From NCBI GenBank assembly GCA_963752285.1, contig CAVVXN010000002.1, forward strand, positions 32,001 to 96,000: a DNA stretch of 64,000 nucleotides. Reading direction: 5' to 3'. The notes below the pieces were generated by a model. It was not told the DNA's origin. It was given only the letters and a program-made list of their open reading frames with translations, and did not search any database. Positions 42,910 through 54,409 of this stretch are shown piece by piece. Position numbers and translations under genes: made by a program. The DNA comes from an uncultured Planctomycetota bacterium (GTDB lineage Bacteria > Planctomycetota > PLA2 > JAEUHO01). Each line of letters opens with the position of its first letter. The stretch's first letter is position 1.

Positions 42910-43437
42910 CGACCCTCCGGCCCGCGGGGCCCTTCGGCGGACCCGGCGAACCTACCCCCTGATCGGTCCATTGGCGCCCGGGCCCGGAGTGGCCCCCGAG
43001 CGGCGCCGGTGCGGCGCCGTGGCGGGCCCGGAACGGCGCCGGCCGGGAGGGGCCCCCCCACGCGAGGCGTTGCCCCTCCGGCGGGGCTCGTTTTGCCCGC
43101 CGAGGTGCCGCCTTCGACGAGCGACGGGCTCGCTGATCGAGGGGGTGCAGGGCGTCCCCGAACGGACCCGACGTTCAGAGGATTGGACACTCGGCGAGCC
43201 GGACTCGAATCGGCAGCGCGAGGTGCATCGGTCGGCTTCGCGTCCGTCGCGGGTTTCCTCCGGGGCGCTCTGCGGCTCCGGCCCGAGGACCGCGAAACGC
43301 AGGGCAGAAGCGCTCGGCGGGCAAATTCACAGCGGATCGGACCGCTTGACGCGGTCGGGCGCGAGCGGTACTGCTACGCGCAACGAACCCCGGTCCCCGA
43401 CTTCGCGATGGACCGCAGGGTCACCCTGAGGGCAGGA

Positions 43438-44049
43438 ATGAAGAAAACGACGCTGATTCTCGCTGTCCTGGGAGTCGCTCTGCTCCCCGCCACGGCCTTC
43501 GCCGACGCGTTCCAATTCGCCGACAGCTTCGCGGTCGGTCCCGGATCGAGTGGGTCCGCGTCGATCACGATCCACGGAAGTGGCGGCGCCTACGATCCGG
43601 CGGGATCGGTCGATGTCTCGGGTTCTGGCGCATTCAACAGCGCGGTGATCGACGCCCAGTGGGACAGCCCCGTCTCCGCGGCCCTGGGGCCGGACCTGAT
43701 TCTGTGGTTCGGCGGCATCACGGCGAGTCAGGGCGCCTTGGAGCTGACGAGCGTGGCGGTGAGCGAGGACGGGTCTACCTTCAGCACGCAGACCTTCGGC
43801 AGCTCGATCAGCTCGTCCTATGCGAACGGTTCGTATCTGATCAACTTCGACGACTCGATGGTTCCGGTGAGCAGTCGCGACCAGATCGTCGCCGCGCGGT
43901 TCACCTTCACGTATTTGGGGTCCACGACGTTCAACCTCGATGGCGTCGCGACGGTTCCGGAGCCGACGGCCTTCGCCTTGTTCGGGCTGGGCCTGTTCGG
44001 CCTGGGCGGCGCGGCCGTCCGTCGCCGGAGGCGGTCGAAGACCGCCTGA
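43438..44049 (+). CDS. PEP-CTERM protein
   Basis: MKKTTLILAVLG...AFA signal peptide and VPEPTAFALFGLGLFGLGGAAVRRRRR tail. Confidence 0.9.
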   Translation: MKKTTLILAVLGVALLPATAFADAFQFADSFAVGPGSSGSASITIHGSGGAYDPAGSVDVSGSGAFNSAVIDAQWDSPVSAALGPDLILWFGGITASQGALELTSVAVSEDGSTFSTQTFGSSISSSYANGSYLINFDDSMVPVSSRDQIVAARFTFTYLGSTTFNLDGVATVPEPTAFALFGLGLFGLGGAAVRRRRRSKTA

Positions 44050-44458
44050 CCGAGACGCACGAGTCGCGAGCGGATCGCGGCCGCGGTCGCCGCGGCCCCG
44101 GTCCGACGAGCCGGGGGCTGGTCGTCTTCGGGGTCGGCGGGACGCCCCGTCTCTCCGGCACGGGACGTCCGGGCTTCCGGAAGGCGCTGGAGACGGCGCC
44201 TGCGGGCCCGCCCTCGCGAAGAAGACGGGGGCGCGGGTCCGCCGCCGCCGCTCGATGCGTGTTCGCGCAGCGGGTGGCCAGCGGCCCCGCGCGGGCGTGC
44301 GTACGAGGGAGCCCCTCTCGGCCGAGCCCCAAGGCCCGATGCCCTCGCCCCGGGCTCGGGCGCCCGGTAGAAGGCTCGGGGAGACGGCGTCGGACCTCGA
44401 AGGCCGCTTCCTCCTCTCTCCCGCCCGGCTTCGCGACCGATCCTCGGGATAGGACCCC

Positions 44459-47400
44459 ATGTGCGGAATCGTCGCCATCCTGAGCCGGGCCCCGACCCGA
44501 CCGCCCCCCGACGCCGGGGTCGTGGCCCACGAGGTCTCGCGGGCCGCCGAGGCCCTCCTGGAGGGCCCGCTCGAGGCGGGGCGCCTCGCGTCGCCGATCG
44601 AGGCGATCGAGCGGGCCGGCCTCTCCCTTCGCGGCGGTGCGGGCTTCCTCGCGCTCCGCGGGGGAGCCGAGGTCCTCCGGGAACCCTCCCTCCGCCTCGA
44701 CCGGGCCGTCCAGGGCCTCGAGGAGCGCCTCGACCGGGAGGCGGGGACGCTCCCCGCCGCGACCGTCGAGGCCGTGAACGCGCTCCTCGTCCGCGCGAAG
44801 GACCAGGCCTTCCGGCTCGGCCGCGACCGGCTGGGCAACGTCTCGAAGGTCAAGGCCCTGGGGCCGGAGGCGAAGGAGGTCGCGCACCTCCGTGTCCTCT
44901 ACGACCTGAATCTCGCGTTGAACGCGCTCGACCGCCTCGAGGTCCGGGGCCGTGACTCCGCGGGGATCCACCTCCTCGTCCGAGGCGCCTCCGCCGCGCT
45001 GCCCCCGAACCTCGAGGACGAGCGCCGGCGGCGCGAGGCGATCACCGACTTCAAGAGCGACGCGGTCCGGCTCGCCCACGACCCCGCCAGGCGCCCCGTG
45101 TGGTCGTTCGTGTGGAAGGTCGCCGCCGAGGTGGGGGAGCTCGGCGACAACGTCCGCGCGCTCCGGGCGAAGATCGCGAAGGACCGGCTGCTCCACACGA
45201 TCCTCTCCCAGCCCGGCGTCGAAGCCGACGTCCTCGCGCACACCCGGTGGGCGAGCGTCGGGGTGGTGAGCGAGGAGAACGCCCACCCCCTGAACCAGGA
45301 GCAGGCCGTTTTGACCCCGCTCCCGTACGCCGTCGCCGCCCTGAACGGCGACGTGGACAACTTCGCGAAGCTGATCCAGGAGGAGGAGCTCCGGCTCGCT
45401 CCCGCCATCACGACGGACGCGAAGGTGATCCCGTCCCTCACGGCGACGCTCATGGCGCGCGGCGAGGGGGCGAGCGAGGCCTTCCGGAGGGCCGTTCGGC
45501 GCATGGACGGCTCCGTGGCGATCGCGTGCCAGACGGCCGCGGCGCCCGGGCGGCTCCTCCTCGCTCTCCGGGGCAGCGGCCAGGCGCTCTACGTGGGGCT
45601 CGCCGAGGACGCCTTCATCGTCGCGTCCGAGCCGTACGGGATCGTCGAGGAGACGGCCTCGTACGTCCGCCTCGACGGCGAGACGCCGGCCGCTTCCGAC
45701 CGTCCCGAGAGTCGCGGGCAGGTGATGATCCTGGACGCGGAGCAGCGCCGGGACGCTCGACGGCATGACGCGTCTCGCCTACGACGGGAACGCGCTCGCG
45801 CTCTCGTCGGGCGACGTACAGAGCGTGGACATCACGACCCGCGACGTCGATCGCGGTCCCCACCGCCACTTCCTTCGAAAGGAGATCCAGGAGGCGCCCG
45901 ACTCCGTCCGAAAGACCCTCCGCGGCCGCCTCGTCGAGAACGAGAAGCGCCTCGAGGTGCGGCTCGGCGAGGACGTGTTGCCGGAGCGGATCGCCTCGCG
46001 CTGCCGGGCGGGGAAGATCCGGCGGATCCTCGTGATCGGTCAGGGGACCGCGGCGGTGGCCGGCCGCGGCGTGGCCGGGCTGCTTCGCTCCGCGCTCGGG
46101 GACGCGGTCGAGGTCGAAGCCATGCCGGCGACCGAGCTCTCGGGATTCCACCTCGCGCCCGACATGTCGGCCGACCTGATCGTCGCGATCAGCCAGTCGG
46201 GCACCACGACCGACACGAACCGGACCGTGGACCTGCTCCGCGCGCGCGGCGCCTCGGTCCTCGCGATCGTGAACCGCCGGCAGAGCGACTTGACGGAGCG
46301 GGCCGACGGCGTCCTCTACACGTCCGACGGCCGCGACGTGGAGATGTCGGTCGCCTCGACGAAGGCCTTCTACAGCCAGATCGCGGCGGGCGCGCTGCTC
46401 GGCGTGGCGCTCGCCGAGGCCTTCGGAACGCCGGACGAAGCGCAGAGCCAACGGCTCCTCCGGGCCCTCCAGGACCTGCCTTCGTCCATGCGCGAGGTGC
46501 TCGCGGTGGAGGGGAAGGTCGGGGAGGCCGCGCGGGCCACGGCGCCCTACCGGCGGCACTGGGCGCTCGTCGGGAACGGCCCGAACGCCGTCGCGGCCGC
46601 CGAGATCCGGATCAAGCTCTCCGAGCTCTGCTACAAGTCGATCGCCTGCGACCAGACCGAAGACAAGAAGCACATCGACCTCTCGAGCGAGCCGCTGATC
46701 CTCGTCTGCGCGGCCGGCGTGGCGGGGGGGAACCAGATCGACGTCCAGAAGGAGGTCGAGATCTTCAGCGGCGCACAAGGCGTGTCCGGTCGTGATCGCG
46801 ACGACGCGGCAGCGGTCCGTGGCGCAGCGCCGCCTTCGTGATCGAGGTGCCCGACGCGGGTCCGGACCTGACCTTCGTGCTGACCACCATGGCGGGCCAC
46901 CTCTTTGGCTACCACGCGGCGCTCTCGATCGACGCGCTCGCGCTTCCGCTTCGCGAGGTGCGCGGGATCGTGGAGAGCACGGTCGCGTCCTCGAACGGTC
47001 ATCCCCCGCTGGAGCGGATCCGGCGAAGACTCCTCCCGTCCTCCCGCCAGTTCTCCAGGGACCTCGCGTCGGGCCGCTACGACGGCGCCCTCGACGCCCG
47101 CGACGCCTCGCGCCTCTCCCTCGCCTTCCGCTACGCGGGCGGCGTCGTGCCGCTCGAGTACTTCGCCGACGACTTCGGTCGTCCCGGGACGCCCGACGCG
47201 GCCCTGGAGGAGCTCGTCGGCTCGCTCACGTCGGGCATCGAGAGCCTCACGCGGCCGATCGACGCGATCAAGCACCAGGCCAAGACCGTGACCGTCGGCA
47301 TCAGCCGGACCGACGAGGCCCTCCTCCAGGTCCCGCTCGTCCGGGCCGTCCTCGCGGCGGGGACCTCGCTCGGGCGCCTCGCGTACCCGGACCTCGGTGT

Positions 47401-47887
47401 CCTGCAGGCGCTCGACCCGGCCGTCGAGGAGGTCCTCGGCTTCACGCGCTACGCCATCGACGAGGAGGACGGAGAGAAGCGGGTGCGGATCGTCGGCCGC
47501 GGCGGGATCAGCGAGGGGATGCGAAGCCGCACGGAGTCCGACACGCGCCTTCGCGGCACCAAGAACACCGTCGCCCTCGAGAAGCAGGTGCTCGTGGCGG
47601 TCGGCCGCGGCGACCGCCGCCCGATCGTGCTCGTCCCCGAGCGCGAGAGCGGCCTCTGCGTGGGGATCGTGCTCCTCCACGTGCGCTTCCGGGACGGTCT
47701 CGACGCCTCCACGACCCGGACCGTCCTCGCAGGCTATCGGAACCGCTACCAGTTGATCCGCGACGCCGTGGTCGAGGCGGGCGGAACCCTTCGCGACGAG
47801 GACCTGGTCCGCCAGGGAGTCCTCGCGCTCCTGACCGAGCCCGTGCTCGTCGTGGCCGACCGGCTCGCGAACGGCGGCGCCTCGTGA
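44459..47887 (+). CDS. Extended GlmS-like glutamine amidotransferase / SIS-domain protein (two frameshifts)
   Basis: MCGIV N-terminus, RGRDSAG, AHTRWAS, NAHP, NGDVDN, ISQSGTTTDT, VASTKAF and EIRIKLSEL motifs. About 1140 aa when joined. Confidence 0.85.
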
Positions 47888-48294
47888 GTTTTCTGCGTTC
47901 GAGTGCATGGCGGCAGCGGCTCCCGGCCGTAGCGCGGGTCCTCCTCGTCGTCGCGGTCGTGTTCACGACCTACATGGCGCTCTCGCCCCGCGCGGGGCGA
48001 ATGGTCGCCTCGTTGAACGACAAGGTCCTCCATGCGCTCGCCTTCCTGACCCTCTCCCTCCTTACCGACCACGCCTTCCCCTCGCGGCGGTTCAACTGGG
48101 TCCCGATGACGCTGATCCTCTCGTACGGCGCCGCGATCGAGGTCGTGCAGCGCTTCGTCCCCGCGCGTACGTCGTCCTGGAAGGACCTCGTGGCGGACGT
48201 GATCGGGATCGCCCTCTACTGGCTGATGGCCCCGAGGATCCGAGACCTCTCGGGCCTCGCCCCCGCGCCGTCCGCCCCGCCGCCCGAGGGGTAG
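47884..48294 (+). CDS. VanZ family membrane protein
   Basis: NDKVLHALAF, YGAAIEVVQRFVPART and DLVADVIG motifs. Confidence 0.85.
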   Translation: MSFLRSSAWRQRLPAVARVLLVVAVVFTTYMALSPRAGRMVASLNDKVLHALAFLTLSLLTDHAFPSRRFNWVPMTLILSYGAAIEVVQRFVPARTSSWKDLVADVIGIALYWLMAPRIRDLSGLAPAPSAPPPEG

Positions 48295-48431
48295 GCCTCG
48301 GGCGCGGGAGAGGCGTACGCCTCGCCCCCCGCCTTCGTCGGGTGCGGGCGCCCCCGTTGCGTGCTCGAGGGCGGAACCCTAGACTTCGCGGCCGCTGCGA
48401 TCGAGTAGATCTACAGGAGTCACCGTCCAAG

Positions 48432-49439
48432 ATGGAGCAGGGGTCGCCCTATCCGCCCGTTTCGGTGGTCATCACCGTCTACGAGCGGATGGCGTACCTC
48501 GCCGATGCGCTCGATTCGGTCCTGGGGCAGGACTACGCGGGCGTCACCGAGGTCATCGTCGTGGACGACGGATCTTCGACGGACGTGGCCCTGCGCTTTC
48601 GTGACCGATACCCGAGCGTGCGCTGGCTCCGGCAGCCGAACCTCGGCGTGTCCGCAGCGCGGCAGGCCGGCACCCAGGTGGCGTCGCACGACCTGATCGC
48701 CTACCTCGACGACGACGATCTCTGGCACCCGGAGAAGCTCCGGCGTCAGGTCGATTTCCTCGCGCGCCATCCGGAGCTCGGGCTCTCGTACACCGACTTC
48801 GGTGGATCGGGCGAGCTGGATCGCCTGCACGGTGGGCTCTTCGCCGCGAAGAAGCTGCTGGCGTCCACCCCCGCAACCCGCGATTCCGGGTCGGACCCCG
48901 GCTTCGTGTTCCCACGGGACGCGCTCATCGACTTCACGATGCGGGTCCTGCCGCTCTCGCCGTGCACGCTGATGATCCGTGCCGGCACGCTTCGGTCGCT
49001 GGGAGGCTGGGATGCCCGCGTGGGGAACTTCGCCGACTGCCACGACTTCCTCCTCCGGGCGAATCACGAGCACGAGGTGGGTTACGTCGCGCTTCCGCTC
49101 ACGGGCGTTCGGCGGGGGCACGAGGTCCATCTGACCGTCGATGCGGACATGACCCGCTACTGGGAGTGTCTCGGCCTCCTCCGGGCGCTGGATCGCTACG
49201 ATCCCCGCCTCGCGGAGCGGGTCCGCCCCGGGCTGGAGGGCCTGTTCGAGCGAACCGCCGGGCGGCTCCGGCGGGCGGGACGCCATGCCCGCGCGGCCAA
49301 GCTCTATTGGACGCTCACCCGGGCCTACGGGTGGAGGCCGAAGCGGTTCGCACAACTGGCGCTCTCCGCCGGCTTGGCGCTCGCCAGGGGACAGGGGCGG
49401 ACCCCTAGGACCAGGACCCGCAGCCGCGCGGCCGGCTGA
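48432..49439 (+). CDS. GT2 family glycosyltransferase
   Basis: VSVVITVY, IVVDDGS, NLGVSAAR and IAYLDDDDLW motifs. Confidence 0.93.
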   Translation: MEQGSPYPPVSVVITVYERMAYLADALDSVLGQDYAGVTEVIVVDDGSSTDVALRFRDRYPSVRWLRQPNLGVSAARQAGTQVASHDLIAYLDDDDLWHPEKLRRQVDFLARHPELGLSYTDFGGSGELDRLHGGLFAAKKLLASTPATRDSGSDPGFVFPRDALIDFTMRVLPLSPCTLMIRAGTLRSLGGWDARVGNFADCHDFLLRANHEHEVGYVALPLTGVRRGHEVHLTVDADMTRYWECLGLLRALDRYDPRLAERVRPGLEGLFERTAGRLRRAGRHARAAKLYWTLTRAYGWRPKRFAQLALSAGLALARGQGRTPRTRTRSRAAG

Positions 49440-49506
49440 CCGGAGCGTCGCGCCGCGGCGCTGCGACCCGTCACGCTCCCGCCGCGCGTCCGTCGCCGGA
49501 TGGCTT

Positions 49507-49593
49507 TCAGGCCTTGCGGCCCCACCGGCGCCGCCAGAACGCGCCACCGCCGATCGCGAGGGCGAGAAGCGCGAAGGAGATGGGCCCGGGCAC
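49507..49593 (-). pseudogene. Orphan PEP-CTERM sorting-signal remnant
   Basis: Encodes VPGPISFALLALAIGGGAFWRRRWGRKA*, homologous to the tail of the 29667 gene, with no credible upstream coding region. Confidence 0.65.
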
Positions 49594-49904
49594 ACGGGAT
49601 TGGCCCCGGGCGGGGGCGGTGTCGGTCGGCGGGGCGCAGAGGTGCCGCCCCGGGCAACCATGGTCCGCGCGGCCGCCCGGCTCGCCCCCTCGCCCGGGCC
49701 GCGCGCCAGAGGTCGCGGGCCGAGGGTCGCGATGTGGTCTGGGTCCCCGGATCGGCGCTTCGAGCCGTCGCGTCGCGTCGAGAGCCAGTCTTGCCGGGTG
49801 AAGAGCAGCGCTCCTGCAGGCTGCGGCGGGCTTGACGTGGGAGGTCGCCCCGGAACCCGCCGGCCGTCGGGCGTCATGTCGTTCCCGGATCCCCGGGTTC
49901 CCAG

Positions 49905-49931
49905 CAAAAGAGAGCACGGCGCGGCCCATCC
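49905..49931 (+). promoter_or_regulatory. Putative sigma-28-like promoter CAAA-N15-GCCCATCC
   Basis: Same motif and spacing, upstream of the PEP-CTERM gene at 50021. Confidence 0.58.
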
Positions 49932-50020
49932 AAATCATGGCCGTGATGTTCGTACGCGCCCCTTTCGCCCCGTGGGCGGTCCGTTGGGCGCGGGAACACG
50001 CCGGCCTGGGAGGGAGTTCG

Positions 50021-50689
50021 ATGGGAGGGATGCGGCTCGCGATCTGCGCCGGGCTTTCCGGCCTGTCCCTGCTCGTTCTTGCCGCGGGAGCGCGGGCGGA
50101 CTCCTTGGCGGAGTCTGGTGACGCAGGTTCCTCCCTCGCGACCTCCGAAGCCGTGGGCGCAGGGATCGACTCCATTACGGGATCGCTTTCGGTCCTCGGC
50201 GACGTGGACATGTACGAGCTGAACCTGGACGCCGGGTTCTTCTTCGCCTCGACGGTCGGCGGCTCGTCCGTGGACACCCAGCTCTACCTCTTCGACAGCG
50301 CCGGCTACGGAGTCGTGGGCAACGACGATTACGACCCCTCGAACTCGGGCGGGCTGCAGTCCCGCATCGAGGCCACGCTCACGGCGGGCACCTACCACCT
50401 CGCCGTATGCGCGTACGGCTACGACCCGTTCAGCTCGGGCGGTGCGATCTTCCCCGACTCGGCCACGACCGGATCCGACCCGTTCTGGGCGCCGACCGGC
50501 GCCGGCGGGGGCGCGCCGCTTTCCTACTGGGCGGACGCGAACGGGGACCACAGCACCACGCAGACCGGTGCGTACACCATCTCCCTGACATCGACTCCGT
50601 CGCCGGTTCCCGAGCCCGGGACGATGGCGTTGCTGGCGGTGGGCCTCGCCGGTTTGGGCCTTCGTGGGTGCCGAGCCCGCGTCGCCTGA
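50021..50689 (+). CDS. PEP-CTERM protein with DVUA0089-like domain
   Basis: ESGDAG, DVDMY and DTQLYLFD...NDD motifs, VPEPGTMALLAVGLAGLG tail. Confidence 0.88.
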   Translation: MGGMRLAICAGLSGLSLLVLAAGARADSLAESGDAGSSLATSEAVGAGIDSITGSLSVLGDVDMYELNLDAGFFFASTVGGSSVDTQLYLFDSAGYGVVGNDDYDPSNSGGLQSRIEATLTAGTYHLAVCAYGYDPFSSGGAIFPDSATTGSDPFWAPTGAGGGAPLSYWADANGDHSTTQTGAYTISLTSTPSPVPEPGTMALLAVGLAGLGLRGCRARVA

Positions 50690-51027
50690 GGTTCCTTGCT
50701 TCGGGGGCTGGCACCCCGGACAGCATTCGACACGAGCTCCGCGAGGTTCTCTCGCGGAGCTCGCGTCATTTTGGGAACGGGATCCGCGGCGGCCGGCCGA
50801 CCGTCGGGTGCCGACCCCGGGCCCCTCGGATTCGTCACCACCTTCCCGGCACGTTGGCAGCCGACCGCGCGCTTCCCGATCTACTCTCGGGCTCGGTGAG
50901 GACGGTGGGCCGCTCAGCCGACCGCGGTGTGCCCCTTTGAGCCAGGATCCTGCTGTGGTCCCCGGCACGCCGCGGCGTTGACAGGGGCGAGTTCCTCCTC
51001 GACCCTGGCGAGGGGGACGGAGGTCTC

Positions 51028-51459
51028 ATGGCCAGGACGACAAGCATCACCGAGGCGATCGTGAGTCTGATCCAGACCGTGGAGGACGTGGTCCGGCGGT
51101 TCGGCGACAGGCTCGAGCGAGGCGACGGATCCGCGGAGGCCGCCGGAGAGGCTTCGATGCCTCGCCGCGCCCGGCTTCGGGCTCCGCGCGTCCCGGCAAC
51201 GGAGGGCGATGCGCCGGCGTCCGGCGCCCGGGCGTCCCGCCCCCCGAAGGCCCAGGCGAAGTCGAAGAAGCTCCGCTCGGCTCTCAAGAGTCACTGGGCG
51301 AACATGACGCCCGAGGAGCGCGCCGCCCGCATCGCGAAGATGCAGGCCGGCCGCACGAAGGGGAAGCCGCGGGCGGCCGCCGCCAAGCGCCGAAAGGCGA
51401 GCCCGAGGCGCACGCGACCTGCCGCGGCGCCGACGGGCCAGGAGATCGGGAACGGTTGA
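51028..51459 (+). CDS. Small Lys/Arg/Ala-rich hypothetical protein
   Basis: 143-aa ORF with a GGAGG RBS and a basic C-terminal half. Confidence 0.65.
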   Translation: MARTTSITEAIVSLIQTVEDVVRRFGDRLERGDGSAEAAGEASMPRRARLRAPRVPATEGDAPASGARASRPPKAQAKSKKLRSALKSHWANMTPEERAARIAKMQAGRTKGKPRAAAAKRRKASPRRTRPAAAPTGQEIGNG

Positions 51460-51846
51460 CCGGGCGTTTCCGGCGGCGGCGCGGAGGCCTCCGAACGGCC
51501 CGCACCACCACGTGCGCACTCGCTTTCGCGTGATCCGTCTCGAGCCGCGTTGAGGGTGTGCCTGGGGCGGCCGGAGGGGGGCCCGGGCGGGGCGCCGTCA
51601 CTCGGCGTGCGCCCCGCCTCGGGTCCCTCGGCCGTCGGTTCGGCCGCCACACGCGAGCCGCCATGCGTCGTTCAGCGAACGGTCGCTCTGCGTCGGCCAA
51701 GTACCCGCCTCCGGCTCGAAACGGTGGCCCGTCCTGGACTCGACCGGAGGGCCGCCAAGACCGGCGAAACGGGTCGGGAGTCGATGTTCGCGCATGGCCG
51801 CGTGCGCGGCCGGTTGCCGTCCGCGTGTCACACGCGGTCGAGCGTG

Positions 51847-52835
51847 CTACGCGAGCTTGCGCCGGCGGCGGCGCCGCACCGCGAGCCCCCCCAGCGCCAG
51901 GCCGGTGAGGGCGAGGGTGGCAGGCTCGGGGACGGGGACGGGAGATCCCAGGAGCGCGTACCCGGTGAGACCGCCGGCAGCGAGGGCGGTGTAGCCCGTG
52001 CCGGTGGGAGCGTTGCTGACCTGGCCGTAGTAGTCATAGCCCCACGCGAGGATGCTGCCGTCGGCGGCCAGGGCGTACCCGTTGTAGTAGCCGCCGGCGA
52101 TGGCGGTGTAGCCCGTGCCGGTGGGAGCGTTGCTGACCTGGCCGTAGTAGTCATAGCCCCACGCGACGATGCTGCCGTCGGCGGCCAGGGCGTACCCGGT
52201 GTAGTAGCCGCCGGCGATGGCGGTGTAGCCCGTGCCGGTGGGAGCGTTGCTGACCGCGCCGTAGTAGTCATAGCCCCACGCGACGATGCTGCCGTCGGCG
52301 GCCAGGGCGTACCCGTTGTAGTCGCCGCCGGCGATGGCGGTGTAGCCCGTGCCGGTGGGAGCGTTGCTGACCGCGCCGTAGAAGTCATAGCCCCACGCGA
52401 GGATGCTGCCGTCGGCGGCCAGGGCGTACCCGTTGTAGCCGCCGCCGGCGATGGCGGTGTAGCCCGTGCCGGTGGGAGCGTTGCTGACCTGGCCGTAGTC
52501 GTCATAGCCCCACGCGAGGATGCTGCCGTCGGCGGCCAGGGCGTACCCGTCGTAGCCGCCGCCGGCGATGGCGGTGTAGCCCGTGCCGGTGGGAGCGTTG
52601 CTGACCTGGCCGTAGCCGTCATAGCCCCACGCGAGGATGCTGCCGTCGGCGGCCAGGGCGTACCCGGTGTAGAGCCGCCGGCGATGGCGGTGTAGCCCGT
52701 GCCGGTGGGAGCGTTGCTGACCTGGCCTTGGCCGTCATAGCCCCACGCCGTGATGCCATCCGCCCGCGCCGGTGCCGCTAGACCGACGGCCCCCAGGACT
52801 ACCACGAGCAACCCGATTCCCTTGGTCAGACGCAT
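51847..52835 (-). CDS. PEP-CTERM protein made of seven 39-aa RCC1-like repeats, copy 1 (1-bp deletion near 52672)
   Basis: Signal peptide, 7 x AWGYDxxGxVSNAPTGTGYTAIAGGxYxGYALAADGSI(L/V) and VPVPEPATLALTGLALGGLAVRRRRR tail. Confidence 0.88.
51975..52750 (-). repeat. 117-bp tandem repeat array, 7 units
   Basis: WGY anchors at 52036, 52153, 52270, 52387, 52504, 52621 and 52737. Confidence 0.95.
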
Positions 52836-52974
52836 GTCCATCCTCCAGCTTCCGAAGCGGCGTCGGCCCTCCACCCTTCCGAGGTGCGGTGCCCTCCGCC
52901 TCCAAGAATCCAATGGCGGTTTCCGGCGCAAAGCGGACACGAATGGAGGGTCCTTGGTCCCAGCGCGGCGCGCT

Positions 52975-53216
52975 CGACCCCTCGCCAATCGGCGCCGCGG
53001 CCGGCCGACCGCCGCGCGGGCCGCGGCAGGCGCCGCGCCCTGGACCTCCACCAGGCTGCCTGGCTGGGCGCGTCGGCGTCAGTCGCCAGCGGAGCATCGA
53101 GGTCGAGCTGGGGAAGCCGCGAGCCTCGCTGCACCTGGTCCTGCGCACACTGGTGGCGCCCGGCATCGAGTTGTGGACCGAGGAGCCCCCGCCGAGTGCG
53201 TCGCACGGATCCGTAC
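52975..53216 (+). pseudogene. HipB-like HTH antitoxin remnant (truncated duplicate)
   Basis: VGVSRQRSIEVELGKPRASLHLVLRTL, cut by the deletion junction. Confidence 0.6.
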
Positions 53217-53446
53217 CCGTGACCCGACTCGAGATCGGAGATCGTGAGGCTGTCGGCGCTCCGCCAGTCCTTCGCATTCGTGAGCCCGCTCGTGGCGTGG
53301 AAGACCGGAGCGCCGCCGTCCTGGTAGGCCGCGCCGACCACGTTGTCGCCCGTGAAGTCGAAGGTGAGGGCGATCCCATCCGCGCGGGCCGAGCCGGCAC
53401 AGGCGATCCACAGCGCGGCACCGATCAAGACACTTACAAGCCTCAT
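53217..53446 (-). pseudogene. 5' fragment of the PEP-CTERM gene found intact at 56644-57435
   Basis: Near-identical MRLVSVLIG...TISDLE, with its upstream motif at 53486-53512, truncated at the junction. Confidence 0.85.
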
Positions 53447-53904
53447 TCCGACTTACTCGGGCGCGACCCTGCCGCCTCTTGAACTTAATGGGCGACATCG
53501 GCGATCGCTTTGGGGACCGTTGCGAGCGACGCGTCCCGGCCCCCTCGGACTCTGCCACCACGCCCCCGCTTCTCGCGCCGGGGCCCGGTTGGCACCCAAC
53601 TCGGCGGCCAAGCGTCTACCTCGGGCCACCTTTGTCGCTCTCGGTGGATGAGCGCTGTCGATCGCACCTCGCCTCGGCCTCCGCGCCGCTCTCCTCCGCC
53701 GTCTCAGTGCGCCACGGCGAGTCGCTGTCCACCCCCAGGGCCGCCAGGGACTGCCCGTGCCCGTTGCCGGGGCCCCCGGGTCGCCCGCGTGGGGTCGCAT
53801 GCGCCCGCGCGCGAATTCCCCTCCCCTCGCCAGGTCCAGGCCGAAGCTGCGCGAGACCGATCCCCCAGGTCCCGGCCGATCGCGACGGCCGCAGGAACCG
53901 ACCG

Positions 53905-53994
53905 GCGGAGGTGTACCGCCTCCTTCATGAGCCCGACCGCGCCGTGGCCGCGGCGAAGCGGGCCTTCGCCGGCGAGGTCCCCCCGCGGGGGGCC
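53905..53994 (+). repeat. ~90-bp copy of the TPR region of the Ser/Thr kinase (62489-62578)
   Basis: AEVYRLLHEPDRAVAAAKRAxAGEVPPRG is encoded at both sites. Confidence 0.85.
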
Positions 53995-54409
53995 CGCGAC
54001 TTCGCTACCGCGCGATCTGGATCGACCGCCCCGCCTGAGCGCCGGCGGAACCCGTACCGCGACACCGCCGCGGGGGTCGGTCGAGCGGGGCGCGTTCGGG
54101 TCGAGGTGGGCGAGGCCGGCGCGGGCGAGGTAGTCGGCGAGCGGCTCGAGGCCCATCTCGGCGCGCCGTCCGTCGAATCCGGGCCCGCCCCCCGCGCGAC
54201 AGCGCCCCGCGGCACGCGTCGGCCTACCCCCGTACGGTGCCGAACCCATTCAGAACAGCGAGGAGCCTTTCCTGTCTTGTGCCTCGCGTGCTGCGTCGGG
54301 CGGCGTGGCGTTCGTGACCGCGTCGGTGCCCGGAGCGGTCCCTCCGTGTGGGTGTCGCGGGATGCGCCGTGGGCCGGGGCCCGACGCCGGCCTCGCCGGC
54401 GCCCGCCGG

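Noticed and set aside
42947..42973. Weak match CGAA-N15-GTCCATTG as the promoter of the 43438 PEP-CTERM gene
   Set aside because: It has mismatches in both boxes and lies about 465 bp from the start, so it could be chance.
51550..52695. Plus-strand repetitive ORFs (VVAAGDGGVARAGGSVAD...) over the repeat arrays
   Set aside because: Antisense reading of the RCC1-like repeats. The signal peptide and sorting tail are on the minus strand.
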